Under the pieces are notes generated by a model. The model made no database searches. It was not told the origin of the DNA and saw nothing but the letters and a program-made list of their open reading frames with translations. The translations under genes were made by a program, and so were the position numbers. Of a DNA stretch of 40,310 bases, positions 18,373 through 25,901 are shown piece after piece (within the stretch, counting starts at the first letter, position 1; each line of letters starts with the position of its first letter). The stretch is taken from positions 1 through 40,310 of IMG/VR virus record IMGVR_UViG_3300011339_001230; one strand, given 5' to 3'. The DNA is from a virus. Lineage: Duplodnaviria; Caudoviricetes.

Positions 18373-18482
18373 AGTCAGGTGGCGGAATGGTAGACGCTAC
18401 ACGTAAGTCCAACGATGACCAAAGGCATGATGACCTGCGGAGTTACTGGTTGGTAATACACGTTCGATTCGTGTCCTGACTA
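18373..18482 (+). ncRNA. Expanded tRNA-like RNA, copy 3
   Basis: AGTCAGG/CCTGACT-A; Leu-type D arm GGCGGAATGGTAGACGC; ACACG-TTCGATT-CGTGT; 110 nt. Confidence 0.78.
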
Positions 18483-18497
18483 CAAAAATAAAAAGTT

Positions 18498-18680
18498 ATG
18501 TTAGAGAAAATTTACTTTACTGTGGTAATCGTATTAGTTTTAGTAATTTTTGGTAGTTGGATTTTAATGAATGTAGATGAAGAACGTGAAGATATGTGGT
18601 ATAAAATCACTCTAACAACTTCAATGTTAGAGATGATGTTTATCTTTGGGGGTATGATTGCATCTATATGGTTAAACTAA
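18498..18680 (+). CDS. Small two-TM membrane protein
   Basis: 60 aa, two hydrophobic segments. Confidence 0.65.
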   Translation: MLEKIYFTVVIVLVLVIFGSWILMNVDEEREDMWYKITLTTSMLEMMFIFGGMIASIWLN

Positions 18681-18684
18681 AAAT

Positions 18685-18999
18685 AGTCAGGTTAAAGAAA
18701 TACAGAGTGGCGCAGGTTGATACTACTTCGCAAGTAGATTGATACAGAGTAAAAAGAGGTGGGGGAAACCACTCATTAACCCACCCAATTTTGTACCACG
18801 AAGCTTACCATAAGAACAGCTCACTTCAGTGGTCATTTCAAAACTATGAATAGCCCAAGGCATAAGTAGTGGAGGTCGGTCAGGTAATGCGTAATGTGGA
18901 AACGGCTATCACATCCTTAAAAACACCACGGTCCATAACCATTTGGACGCGAGAAGTTATAGGGTTGCATCGTTGTGGGTTCAAGTCCCACCCTGGCCA
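18685..18999 (+). ncRNA. Expanded tRNA-like RNA, copy 4 (5' end at 18685 or 18878)
   Basis: GTGGG-TTCAAGT-CCCAC-CCTGGCC-A 3' end pairs with GGTCAGG (18878) or, less well, AGTCAGG (18685); several internal hairpins. Confidence 0.55.
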
Positions 19000-19075
19000 C
19001 AAAAATTTAACAAATTGGATTTGGTAGATTAGAAAAACGAATGTATATTTGTCAAATCAATAACAGAAACAATAT

Positions 19076-19198
19076 ATGAAGACACTTAAAAAATTTCATC
19101 AAGAGCTTGAAAAAGGATGTCATCCGTTTGACCCTATGATTATTTACATTTTTGGTGTTATTATTGTTGGTTATTCATTGATACAGATAATTTTTTGA
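19076..19198 (+). CDS. Small single-TM protein (40 aa)
   Basis: ORF after a TATATTTG promoter. Confidence 0.45.
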   Translation: MKTLKKFHQELEKGCHPFDPMIIYIFGVIIVGYSLIQIIF

Positions 19199-19214
19199 TA
19201 ACTAAAAATAATAT

Positions 19215-19326
19215 AGTCAGGTGGCGGAATTGGTAACGCACATACAACGAGAGCTAGGCCGGCTCGCCTGTAAAACCAGTAAGTTGTATGGTGGTATAAA
19301 TAGGGGTTCGAATCCTCTCTTGACTA
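19215..19326 (+). ncRNA. Expanded tRNA-like RNA, copy 5
   Basis: AGTCAGG/CTTGACT-A; 8-bp CATACAAC/GTTGTATG stem enclosing 34 nt instead of an anticodon loop. Confidence 0.78.
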
Positions 19327-19414
19327 CAAAAAATAAGGTGACGCTACGGTCGTAAGGTTCGCGAGCCGAGAAGACAAAAAGCCTAAGTATGCAGATGAGC
19401 TCGCATAGCCTTAA

Positions 19415-19508
19415 AGTCAGATGGCGAAATTGGTAGACGCAGCCTCAAGAAAGGTTGGACTAATAGGAAGAATAAATCCACTTGCAGGTTCAAGTCCTGT
19501 TCTGACTA
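19415..19508 (+). ncRNA. Expanded tRNA-like RNA, copy 6
   Basis: AGTCAGA/TCTGACT-A; Leu-type D arm; AGCCT/AGGTT stem with a 6-nt loop; enlarged variable arm. Confidence 0.75.
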
Positions 19509-19590
19509 CAAAAAATTGTTGATAAAAAAATCATCAATATTTTTTTACTTTGAAAAATCGTAGTATCTTTGTTCTCTAAATAATAATACA

Positions 19591-20109
19591 ATGATGAGCA
19601 TACTAATTATAATCGGAGCGGCAATCACAGTTTTTGGAATTGTAATTCTTTCGGCAAATCACAGTTATACAAAACGTGAAAAGATGCTGAAGACTTGGCA
19701 AGTTGGAGATAAGTTATATCCACGTCCTTGTTTTTATAGAGATAGTCCTTCAGCAAGTAGTGCGTTTACTAAATCAGGTAAGAATTTTCTCACACTTGCT
19801 GGATTTGATATGTATTACGTATTTGTTAAAATAAGTGGAGTGACACACAAATTGTCATTCAATGAGATTGATTACAATAAATCGGCAATGTGGAGAAAAA
19901 ATTACGAATCTTGCAAGGAATTTATGGGAACCGAGCCTGATTTTAATCCAGTTATTTTGGATAGTAATACCTCAAAAGATACAATTGAAGGTAAACCCGT
20001 TGAATTATTGACCGAGGTTGAATGTCAAATTTATTTGAAACAAGCGCTTGAGGAAGAGAACTTTGAGTTGGCCGAAAAGATTAGACAACAAATGCAAAAA
20101 TATAGATAA
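19591..20109 (+). CDS. Membrane-anchored protein with C-terminal UVR-like coiled coil
   Basis: N-terminal TM; LKQALEEENFELAEKIRQQM. Confidence 0.75.
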   Translation: MMSILIIIGAAITVFGIVILSANHSYTKREKMLKTWQVGDKLYPRPCFYRDSPSASSAFTKSGKNFLTLAGFDMYYVFVKISGVTHKLSFNEIDYNKSAMWRKNYESCKEFMGTEPDFNPVILDSNTSKDTIEGKPVELLTEVECQIYLKQALEEENFELAEKIRQQMQKYR

Positions 20110-20110
20110 T

Positions 20111-20326
20111 ATGAAAAACAAATATAATTTTTACACTCCCAATGACTCATTTGGAACGGCGATATCCTACACCATAATTGATGAGGATGGTAAAATGTGG
20201 GTTGGTAATGGTGAGTATGAGTCCCAAGTAAATTTTTGTCCGATGACCGGCAAAAAAGCCCCTACGCAACTTAAAGTGGCGGAAGTTTGGGAAAATGGAA
20301 CTGAAAAATATGAAAATGAAATTTAA
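20111..20326 (+). CDS. Hypothetical protein
   Basis: ATG after the previous stop; NFCPMTG motif. Confidence 0.65.
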   Translation: MKNKYNFYTPNDSFGTAISYTIIDEDGKMWVGNGEYESQVNFCPMTGKKAPTQLKVAEVWENGTEKYENEI

Positions 20327-20329
20327 ATT

Positions 20330-20737
20330 ATGATAAGATTTATTGATAAAAAAATTGGAGATGAATATTATTCATGCCGCGATAATTCAACCTCATTTAA
20401 AACTCATATAATTGACAATATCTCAAAACATAAAATGGATACCGATGTATCAATAAACTCAAAACGGGCATCTTTAAACGCCGATGATGTTCTCAAAACA
20501 AGAGTTAGAGTTTCAGGATATTATCACGAACATGCAATAATATTTGCAAACAAATCTGAAGCAATTAGATTTACAAGAGCACAAGCCCTTCGCGAGTTTA
20601 AAACACTTAAAGAAGAAGCTCACAAATCAATTGAGAAGGTTAAAAATTTTAGAAAACAATATTGGGAACAACTCAATAAAGAATGGATTGATAAACATAT
20701 TGAAGAAATTGAACGAATTGAGCGAGAATCACTTTAA
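20330..20737 (+). CDS. Hypothetical protein
   Basis: 135-aa ORF in an operon-like run. Confidence 0.7.
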   Translation: MIRFIDKKIGDEYYSCRDNSTSFKTHIIDNISKHKMDTDVSINSKRASLNADDVLKTRVRVSGYYHEHAIIFANKSEAIRFTRAQALREFKTLKEEAHKSIEKVKNFRKQYWEQLNKEWIDKHIEEIERIERESL

Positions 20738-20741
20738 AACT

Positions 20742-20969
20742 ATGGAAAATAATCACATACCACTTGAAGAAATGTTGAGCGATTTGGAAATCACCAACAG
20801 AGAAATTGCCCAATACGAAGCCGAAAATGAGGTTTTGATGAAGGACTTCCAACGAAACAGGGTTGCAATTTACCTAAATGATGGTAGAATTGGTCAAAGG
20901 AGGACTTTTGTTGCCAAACTAGAAAAAATAATCAAGGAGACCTACCCTGAACATAAAATTGAAGAATAA
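20742..20969 (+). CDS. Hypothetical protein
   Basis: Start moved to the ATG after the previous stop. Confidence 0.65.
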   Translation: MENNHIPLEEMLSDLEITNREIAQYEAENEVLMKDFQRNRVAIYLNDGRIGQRRTFVAKLEKIIKETYPEHKIEE

Positions 20970-20981
20970 AATAGAAAAAAC

Positions 20982-21012
20982 TTGACAAACATATAAGTTT
21001 GTTGTACTTTTG
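20982..21012 (+). promoter_or_regulatory. Promoter of the tRNA array
   Basis: TTGACA-17 nt-TACTTT; the same site also fits TAnnTTTG (TACTTTTG). Confidence 0.65.
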
Positions 21013-21040
21013 TAAAACAATTGATATTTAATATAAAACA

Positions 21041-21145
21041 ATGAAACAAATTTTCGCACATACTAATCTTCTTTCAGTGGCCGGCCCGTATAACATCGAG
21101 TCAACGCAGAAGGATATTACCTTGTTCGGGGTTTGTGAGAGCTAG
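21041..21145 (+). CDS. Putative leader peptide (34 aa)
   Basis: MKQIFAHTNLLSVAGPYNIESTQKDITLFGVCES*; A-rich initiation context; the last codons contain the antiterminator strand. Confidence 0.7.
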   Translation: MKQIFAHTNLLSVAGPYNIESTQKDITLFGVCES

Positions 21146-21205
21146 AAAGTGTATCATCAAATATATAACAAACCCTGAACAACAAAAAGTTCGGGGTTTT
21201 TTTTT
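21122..21205 (+). promoter_or_regulatory. Terminator/antiterminator switch (attenuator)
   Basis: Terminator AAACCCTGAAC/GTTCGGGGTTT plus T-run (21170-21205); alternative 15-bp pairing of 21122-21136 with 21168-21182. Confidence 0.8.
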
Positions 21206-21217
21206 GTTGATACATTT

Positions 21218-21229
21218 AGTTCTTTGACA
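21218..21229 (+). promoter_or_regulatory. boxA-like site
   Basis: AGTTCTTTGACA 11 nt before the first tRNA. Confidence 0.65.
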
Positions 21230-21240
21230 TATTGGAAAAT

Positions 21241-21312
21241 GGTGGTGTAGCTCAGAGGCAGAGCATCTGACTGTTAATCAGAGGGTCGGGATATCGTAAT
21301 TCCCCACTACCG
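21241..21312 (+). tRNA. tRNA-Asn(GTT), atypical T-loop
   Basis: GGTGGTG/CACTACC; TCTGA-CTGTTAA-TCAGA; T-loop ATCGTAA. Confidence 0.85.
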
Positions 21313-21322
21313 CAAAAAAAAC

Positions 21323-21399
21323 GCTCGGTTCGTCTAATTGGTTAGGACATCTCCCTTTCACGGAGAAGCTTACGGGTTCGAGTCCCGTACCGAGTACCA
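21323..21399 (+). tRNA. tRNA-Glu(TTC)
   Basis: TCTCC-CTTTCAC-GGAGA; encoded CCA. Confidence 0.95.
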
Positions 21400-21402
21400 T
21401 AT

Positions 21403-21483
21403 GGGAGTGTCGTATAGTGGCAATTACATCTGACTGTAAATCAGACGCTTTAGGCTTCAGAGGTTCGAGTCCTCTCACTCCCA
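21403..21483 (+). tRNA. tRNA-Tyr(GTA)
   Basis: TCTGA-CTGTAAA-TCAGA; variable arm. Confidence 0.95.
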
Positions 21484-21489
21484 CTTATT

Positions 21490-21564
21490 GACTTCGTAGC
21501 TCAGTTGGTTTAGAGCAATACACTTTTAATGTATGGGTCCTGGGTTCGAATCCCAGCGGGGTCA
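21490..21564 (+). tRNA. tRNA-Lys(TTT)
   Basis: ATACA-CTTTTAA-TGTAT. Confidence 0.95.
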
Positions 21565-21571
21565 CTTATAC

Positions 21572-21646
21572 ACATTTGTGGTGAAATTGGTTTTATCACG
21601 CTAGTCTCCAAAACTAGTATTTTTGGTTCGAGTCCAAACAAATGTG
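21572..21646 (+). tRNA. tRNA-Trp(CCA)
   Basis: CTAGT-CTCCAAA-ACTAG. Confidence 0.92.
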
Positions 21647-21652
21647 CGACAA

Positions 21653-21723
21653 GCCTCTATAGTTAAAAGGTATAACGATTGATTTGTAATCAATTGTTCT
21701 TGGTTCGATTCCGAGTAGAGGCT
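21653..21723 (+). tRNA. tRNA-Thr(TGT)
   Basis: ATTGA-TTTGTAA-TCAAT. Confidence 0.93.
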
Positions 21724-21730
21724 CAAATAT

Positions 21731-21805
21731 TCTCGCGTAGCTCAGGTGGTTTAGAGCATTTGACTGATATTCAAAAGGTCGCTGGTTCGAGTCCAGCCGT
21801 GAGAA
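21731..21805 (+). tRNA. tRNA-Ile(GAT)
   Basis: TTTGA-CTGATAT-TCAAA. Confidence 0.93.
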
Positions 21806-21811
21806 CTATTA

Positions 21812-21886
21812 CGAGATGTAGCTCAGTTGGTTTAGAGTACTTGGTTTGGGACCAAGGGGCCGCTGGTTCGAGTCCAGCCATCTCGA
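21812..21886 (+). tRNA. tRNA-Pro(TGG)
   Basis: CTTGG-TTTGGGA-CCAAG. Confidence 0.95.
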
Positions 21887-21897
21887 CAATTTAAAAT

Positions 21898-21972
21898 GGG
21901 GGCGCATGTACCAAGGCTTGGCGAGAAACACTTGCAATGTTTCTGTGGTCGTTTCGATTACGACCGTCTCCA
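21898..21972 (+). tRNA. tRNA-Ala(TGC), atypical D arm
   Basis: AAACA-CTTGCAA-TGTTT; G3:U70; A73. Confidence 0.85.
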
Positions 21973-21983
21973 CAATATAATAT

Positions 21984-22056
21984 GGTACCATAGCTCAGTT
22001 GGTAGAGCACTTGCCTGAAGAGCAAGGTGTCGGTGGTTCGAATCCACCTGGTACCA
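21984..22056 (+). tRNA. tRNA-Phe(GAA)
   Basis: CTTGC-CTGAAGA-GCAAG. Confidence 0.95.
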
Positions 22057-22066
22057 CTTTTTATAA

Positions 22067-22139
22067 GCGGGTATAGTATAAAGGCTTATTATGTCGGTCT
22101 TCCAAACCGAGGATGTGAGTTCGATTCTCACTACCCGCT
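22067..22139 (+). tRNA. tRNA-Gly(TCC)
   Basis: TCGGT-CTTCCAA-ACCGA. Confidence 0.95.
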
Positions 22140-22146
22140 CTTATAT

Positions 22147-22218
22147 GGTCTATTCGTTCATCGGCTAGGATGCTACCCTGTCACGGTAGTGAGGCGGGTT
22201 CGATTCCCGCATAGACCG
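22147..22218 (+). tRNA. tRNA-Asp(GTC)
   Basis: CTACC-CTGTCAC-GGTAG. Confidence 0.95.
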
Positions 22219-22225
22219 CTTAAAT

Positions 22226-22297
22226 TGCCCTGTAGTGAAATGGCTATCACACAACACTTTGACTGTTGTATTTCTGGTTCGAGTCCAGACGGGGTAA
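22226..22297 (+). tRNA. tRNA-Gln(TTG)
   Basis: CAACA-CTTTGAC-TGTTG. Confidence 0.93.
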
Positions 22298-22304
22298 CTA
22301 AATT

Positions 22305-22389
22305 AGAGGAGTCGCATAGTGGTTTAGTGCACCGGTCTTGAAAACCGGAGTACCTTCGGGTTCCGTGAGTTCGAATCTCACCTCCTCTG
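22305..22389 (+). tRNA. tRNA-Ser(TGA)
   Basis: CCGGT-CTTGAAA-ACCGG; long variable arm. Confidence 0.95.
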
Positions 22390-22395
22390 CAAATT

Positions 22396-22476
22396 GCCCT
22401 CTTGGTGGAATGGTAGACACGTATGCCTTAGGAGCATATGTCTTATGACGTGTAGGTTCGAGTCCTACAGGGGGTA
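22396..22476 (+). tRNA. tRNA-Leu(TAG)
   Basis: TATGC-CTTAGGA-GCATA; variable arm. Confidence 0.95.
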
Positions 22477-22485
22477 CTATTATAT

Positions 22486-22560
22486 GGTGTCTATAGTGTC
22501 AGCGGTTTAGCACGATGGGTTGTGGTTCCATTAGCACCAGTTCGAATCTGGTTAGACACA
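22486..22560 (+). tRNA. tRNA-His(GTG)
   Basis: ATGGG-TTGTGGT-TCCAT; encoded G-1. Confidence 0.92.
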
Positions 22561-22563
22561 CTA

Positions 22564-22611
22564 TTTGTTTTATTGGAATTTTAGCCGTATATTTGTAAAA
22601 GTTATTTGAAA
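22564..22611 (+). promoter_or_regulatory. Promoter plus boxA-like site
   Basis: TTTG...GCCGTATATTTGT followed by AGTTATTTGAAA (22600-22611). Confidence 0.65.
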
Positions 22612-22616
22612 TATAT

Positions 22617-22690
22617 AGTCGGATAGCTTAGGTGGTGAGAGCGGCACGCTTATACCGTGATGGTCGTGGGTTCAACTCCCACTCCGACTA
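22617..22690 (+). tRNA. tRNA-Ile(TAT)
   Basis: AGTCGGA/TCCGACT-A; CACG-CTTATAC-CGTG. Confidence 0.85.
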
Positions 22691-22756
22691 CAACTGAAAA
22701 ATTATAGTCTATCTTAACTCATAGTTTGTTTAAGATATTTACTATAAAACCTAACA

Positions 22757-23257
22757 ATGAAACACTTTTTTTTATTACTATTAACCATAGTAACGCTTAA
22801 CACATTCTCACAAACTTATAAAGACCCAGTGTCTTTTAAATCAGATTTGTGGGTAGTTCAAACTTTTGAGGAAGGGACATTTATCCCACCTGACACCATT
22901 TCCATAAATTGGGAACAGAAGAAAGTTAAGGCGGGAAAACACGCCGTTTATGTTGATATTTCAAGTAAGGGAACCTTGATTGGTATCAAATATCCATCTA
23001 AACTTACATTGAGTTCAGAGGGATTACCTAACAATGGGTTTATGGGTGAGAAATGGTTTAGTAAGTATTCCATGTATATCCAAAGTAAGGTAAAGGATGA
23101 GGAAGGTAACATTTGGTGGGTGACAGTTGGTAAAGATGGTGTTATTGAGAATGAGAAAGCCATAGAGGATGGTAGAATATATGTGGTAATACAGGACCCA
23201 AACCGTATTAAACCTAGTTTATATTTTACAATCAAATCTTTTGGTGGAAAGAAATAA
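22757..23257 (+). CDS. Exported hypothetical protein
   Basis: Signal peptide ending TFS|Q. Confidence 0.75.
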   Translation: MKHFFLLLLTIVTLNTFSQTYKDPVSFKSDLWVVQTFEEGTFIPPDTISINWEQKKVKAGKHAVYVDISSKGTLIGIKYPSKLTLSSEGLPNNGFMGEKWFSKYSMYIQSKVKDEEGNIWWVTVGKDGVIENEKAIEDGRIYVVIQDPNRIKPSLYFTIKSFGGKK

Positions 23258-23328
23258 GGTCGGATGTCCGAGCGGCAAGGTAGATACTCGCAAAGTATTT
23301 TAGGGTGGTTCGACTCCATCGCCGACCT
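23258..23328 (+). tRNA. tRNA-Cys(GCA), slightly degenerate
   Basis: GGTCGG/CCGACC; GATAC-TCGCAAA-GTATT; U73. Confidence 0.8.
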
Positions 23329-23581
23329 CTTATATTTATTGATATGGAAAAGAAACCCTTTGTTGATGGTGGGAAATTATTTATTGCGTCAGTAGTGTTA
23401 TTCATAATTCTGATGGTTGTAATGTTCTTTCTTTAATTTATTATTATGAAAGATATTCTATCAGGATATACTCAGCAGGAACTTGAGAAGATAATAACTC
23501 ATACTGATTTAACTATGAATGAAGTTATTAGGGAAAAATTAGGTTTACCTAAAAACAAAGATTAGATGATATTTATTAATC

Positions 23582-23989
23582 ATGAAAATCATCTTGAAAG
23601 AATCGCAGTTGAAGAAAGTTGTAAGTAAACTTTTATCAGAACAACTAACACTTCCAACCTCTAAAGAAGATTTAAAACCAATTGAGGATTTTATAACTAA
23701 AAATCGAATAGAAAAAATAATGATAACAGGTGAAATTCCTGATGAGATTAAACCTGTTGAGATACCAGAATTATCGGCGCAAATTACACCAATCGAGTTT
23801 TTAGATTACCTCGCAAAGGCCAAAGTTAAGGCAAAGACATTCCATATTACTGATTCTGGGTATAAGTTCCCTATATACCCTGTAAGTTATTCGGAGGGGT
23901 TTAAAGGGAATAAATTTACAATTAGTTTTGAACCATTTGCCCCAAAAAACCTAAAGATGATGATGGTTTCTTTTGATAAAAGTTTTTAG
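23582..23989 (+). CDS. Hypothetical protein with MKIILKESQ N-terminus
   Basis: 135-aa ORF after TATTTAT. Confidence 0.75.
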   Translation: MKIILKESQLKKVVSKLLSEQLTLPTSKEDLKPIEDFITKNRIEKIMITGEIPDEIKPVEIPELSAQITPIEFLDYLAKAKVKAKTFHITDSGYKFPIYPVSYSEGFKGNKFTISFEPFAPKNLKMMMVSFDKSF

Positions 23990-24018
23990 GTTTGAAATTT
24001 TTTTCGTATATTTGTTCT

Positions 24019-24162
24019 ATGAATAAAATAACAAGAAAATACGAAAACGAGGACACAATTTCAATTTGGACTTACGACCTGGATAAGTTCAAGAATGGTC
24101 CAATCTCAGTTGAAACAATTGATAAGAAGCCTGAACCACAGGCCAAAAAGAAAAGGAAATAA
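24019..24162 (+). CDS. Small basic protein (47 aa)
   Basis: ATG 4 nt after TATATTTG; terminator downstream. Confidence 0.6.
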   Translation: MNKITRKYENEDTISIWTYDLDKFKNGPISVETIDKKPEPQAKKKRK

Positions 24163-24182
24163 TAGACAAAACAAAAAAATAG

Positions 24183-24212
24183 TCCGACAAATTTTACTTG
24201 TCGGATTTTTTT
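24183..24212 (+). terminator. Intrinsic terminator
   Basis: TCCGACAA/TTGTCGGA followed by a T-run. Confidence 0.8.
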
Positions 24213-24241
24213 ATTTACTATTTATTATTAAAACTTAAAAC

Positions 24242-25240
24242 ATGAAAAATATAACTCTAACTTTATTTGCTTTATTTATTTCCCTAACTTCATTCTCTCA
24301 ATGTGAGAATGATTCTATTAATCCTTATTTTGTCAATTTTGAACCTGAGATTACTGTTTCTTGTGACATTGACCTCGGTGTTATATTTCCAGTTGTATTA
24401 GATGAATGTGATGACAGCGTGGAAATTGCATGGTATCAGGAAATAACTTCAGGTATATGTGAAAACAATTATGATATTTTTAGAGTATACAGAGCTTTTG
24501 ATAATTTTGGAAATCAGTCAGTTGAGAGTCAAATAATTCACATTGTTGATGAGACTTCACCACTTTTTATTCCCTTCAATAGTATTACAGTAGAATGTGG
24601 CGATACAATTGTATTTGACAACCCCCAAGTTACAGATAATTGTAGTGATTTTGTTTTGATGAGTTATGACATTATATCTCAAATTGATAGTTGCACGACA
24701 AATTATATAAGAGTATGGGAAGCAACTGATTTTTGTGGTAACACCTCAATGTCATCACAAACAATTACATCTATTGATATGACTCCACCTTCGATTATGG
24801 GACCAATATATCTCGAAGTTAATAGTATGAGTGAACTCGATAGTATTTTTGTAAACACTTCTGATAATTGTTCCCAAGTCAGTTTAACATATTATGACAC
24901 GGAAGTTTCTGGTAATTCTTATATTAGAATGTATACTGCGACTGACAATTGTGGAAACTACTCAACTTTTGAACAGATTATCCATGTTAACTCTCCACCT
25001 GATGAAGAAGAAGAGGATGATAACCGAGTTGCAATTTGTCACAGAGAAGGAAATGGTTCATATCACACAATTTATGTAAATCAAAATGCGGTTCAAGCTC
25101 ATCTAAATCACGGAGATTATCTTGGACCTTGTACTGAAATGATTATGGATTGGAATCAGATTTTACCAAATAGTGATTTACAGATGATGATTATCAAAGG
25201 AAAAGATAAGAAGTTTATGAAATTCGTTAGAGTTAGATAA
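24242..25240 (+). CDS. Secreted Cys-rich HYR/Ig-like repeat protein
   Basis: Signal peptide; three repeats D.C...R.Y.A.D..GN; C-terminal VAICH...AHLNHGDYLGPC module. Confidence 0.75.
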   Translation: MKNITLTLFALFISLTSFSQCENDSINPYFVNFEPEITVSCDIDLGVIFPVVLDECDDSVEIAWYQEITSGICENNYDIFRVYRAFDNFGNQSVESQIIHIVDETSPLFIPFNSITVECGDTIVFDNPQVTDNCSDFVLMSYDIISQIDSCTTNYIRVWEATDFCGNTSMSSQTITSIDMTPPSIMGPIYLEVNSMSELDSIFVNTSDNCSQVSLTYYDTEVSGNSYIRMYTATDNCGNYSTFEQIIHVNSPPDEEEEDDNRVAICHREGNGSYHTIYVNQNAVQAHLNHGDYLGPCTEMIMDWNQILPNSDLQMMIIKGKDKKFMKFVRVR

Positions 25241-25262
25241 AATTTGTTAAGTATTTATTAAG

Positions 25263-25877
25263 ATGAAAAGTATTATAAAAGAAATTTTAACCGAAATAGT
25301 TGAAGAAGGTCAACAAATACAATCATGTAAATCCAACCAATCGACTAATGAATTTCTTAGAGGTTTTAGTTTATGGAGAACCGGTATGTGTAATCAAGAT
25401 ACTTTTAAAACTCCTAAAAAAATAAATCAATTGGTCACCAAAAATTTCAAAAATAATATAAAATCTATTAAACTTGACAACGGAACAACAATTACTAAAG
25501 AAGAATACATAAAAAGATTAAATGATGAATATCAAGATAGAATTGTAATGTGCATAACCCCCTACCAAGGGGAAAGATTAAAATCTGAGAATGTTTGTGA
25601 CACAATAATTGCTGAATACAATAAACCTGATATAAGAGAGGCATTTAACAGATACATGAAATTTCCAAGTGGTTGTTATGTGTTTAATATAGAAACTTGC
25701 GATGAAGCTCAACAAATTAGGGCAAAATCTATAACTCAAATACCTTCTAATGTTGAAAAAGATATAGTAAAATCTAACACAACAGTCAGTCCAACCGAAC
25801 CAAATCAAGAAAAAAACAGAGCTCAAGAAATTATTAATAAGGTCATCAAACAAATAAAAAATAGATTTGGTAATTAA
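25263..25877 (+). CDS. Hypothetical protein
   Basis: 204-aa ORF after TATTTAT; IIKEILTE N-terminus. Confidence 0.75.
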   Translation: MKSIIKEILTEIVEEGQQIQSCKSNQSTNEFLRGFSLWRTGMCNQDTFKTPKKINQLVTKNFKNNIKSIKLDNGTTITKEEYIKRLNDEYQDRIVMCITPYQGERLKSENVCDTIIAEYNKPDIREAFNRYMKFPSGCYVFNIETCDEAQQIRAKSITQIPSNVEKDIVKSNTTVSPTEPNQEKNRAQEIINKVIKQIKNRFGN

Positions 25878-25901
25878 TTTTTTTCTACTTATCTTTGTCG
25901 T

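Noticed and set aside
13573-19508. tRNA-like elements as selenocysteine, suppressor or group I intron-containing tRNAs
   Set aside because: No UCA/CUA/UUA anticodon in a 7-nt loop; inserts are mostly far too short for group I introns and are mutually unrelated.
21278-22341. ORFs across the tRNA array
   Set aside because: Translations of tRNA genes.
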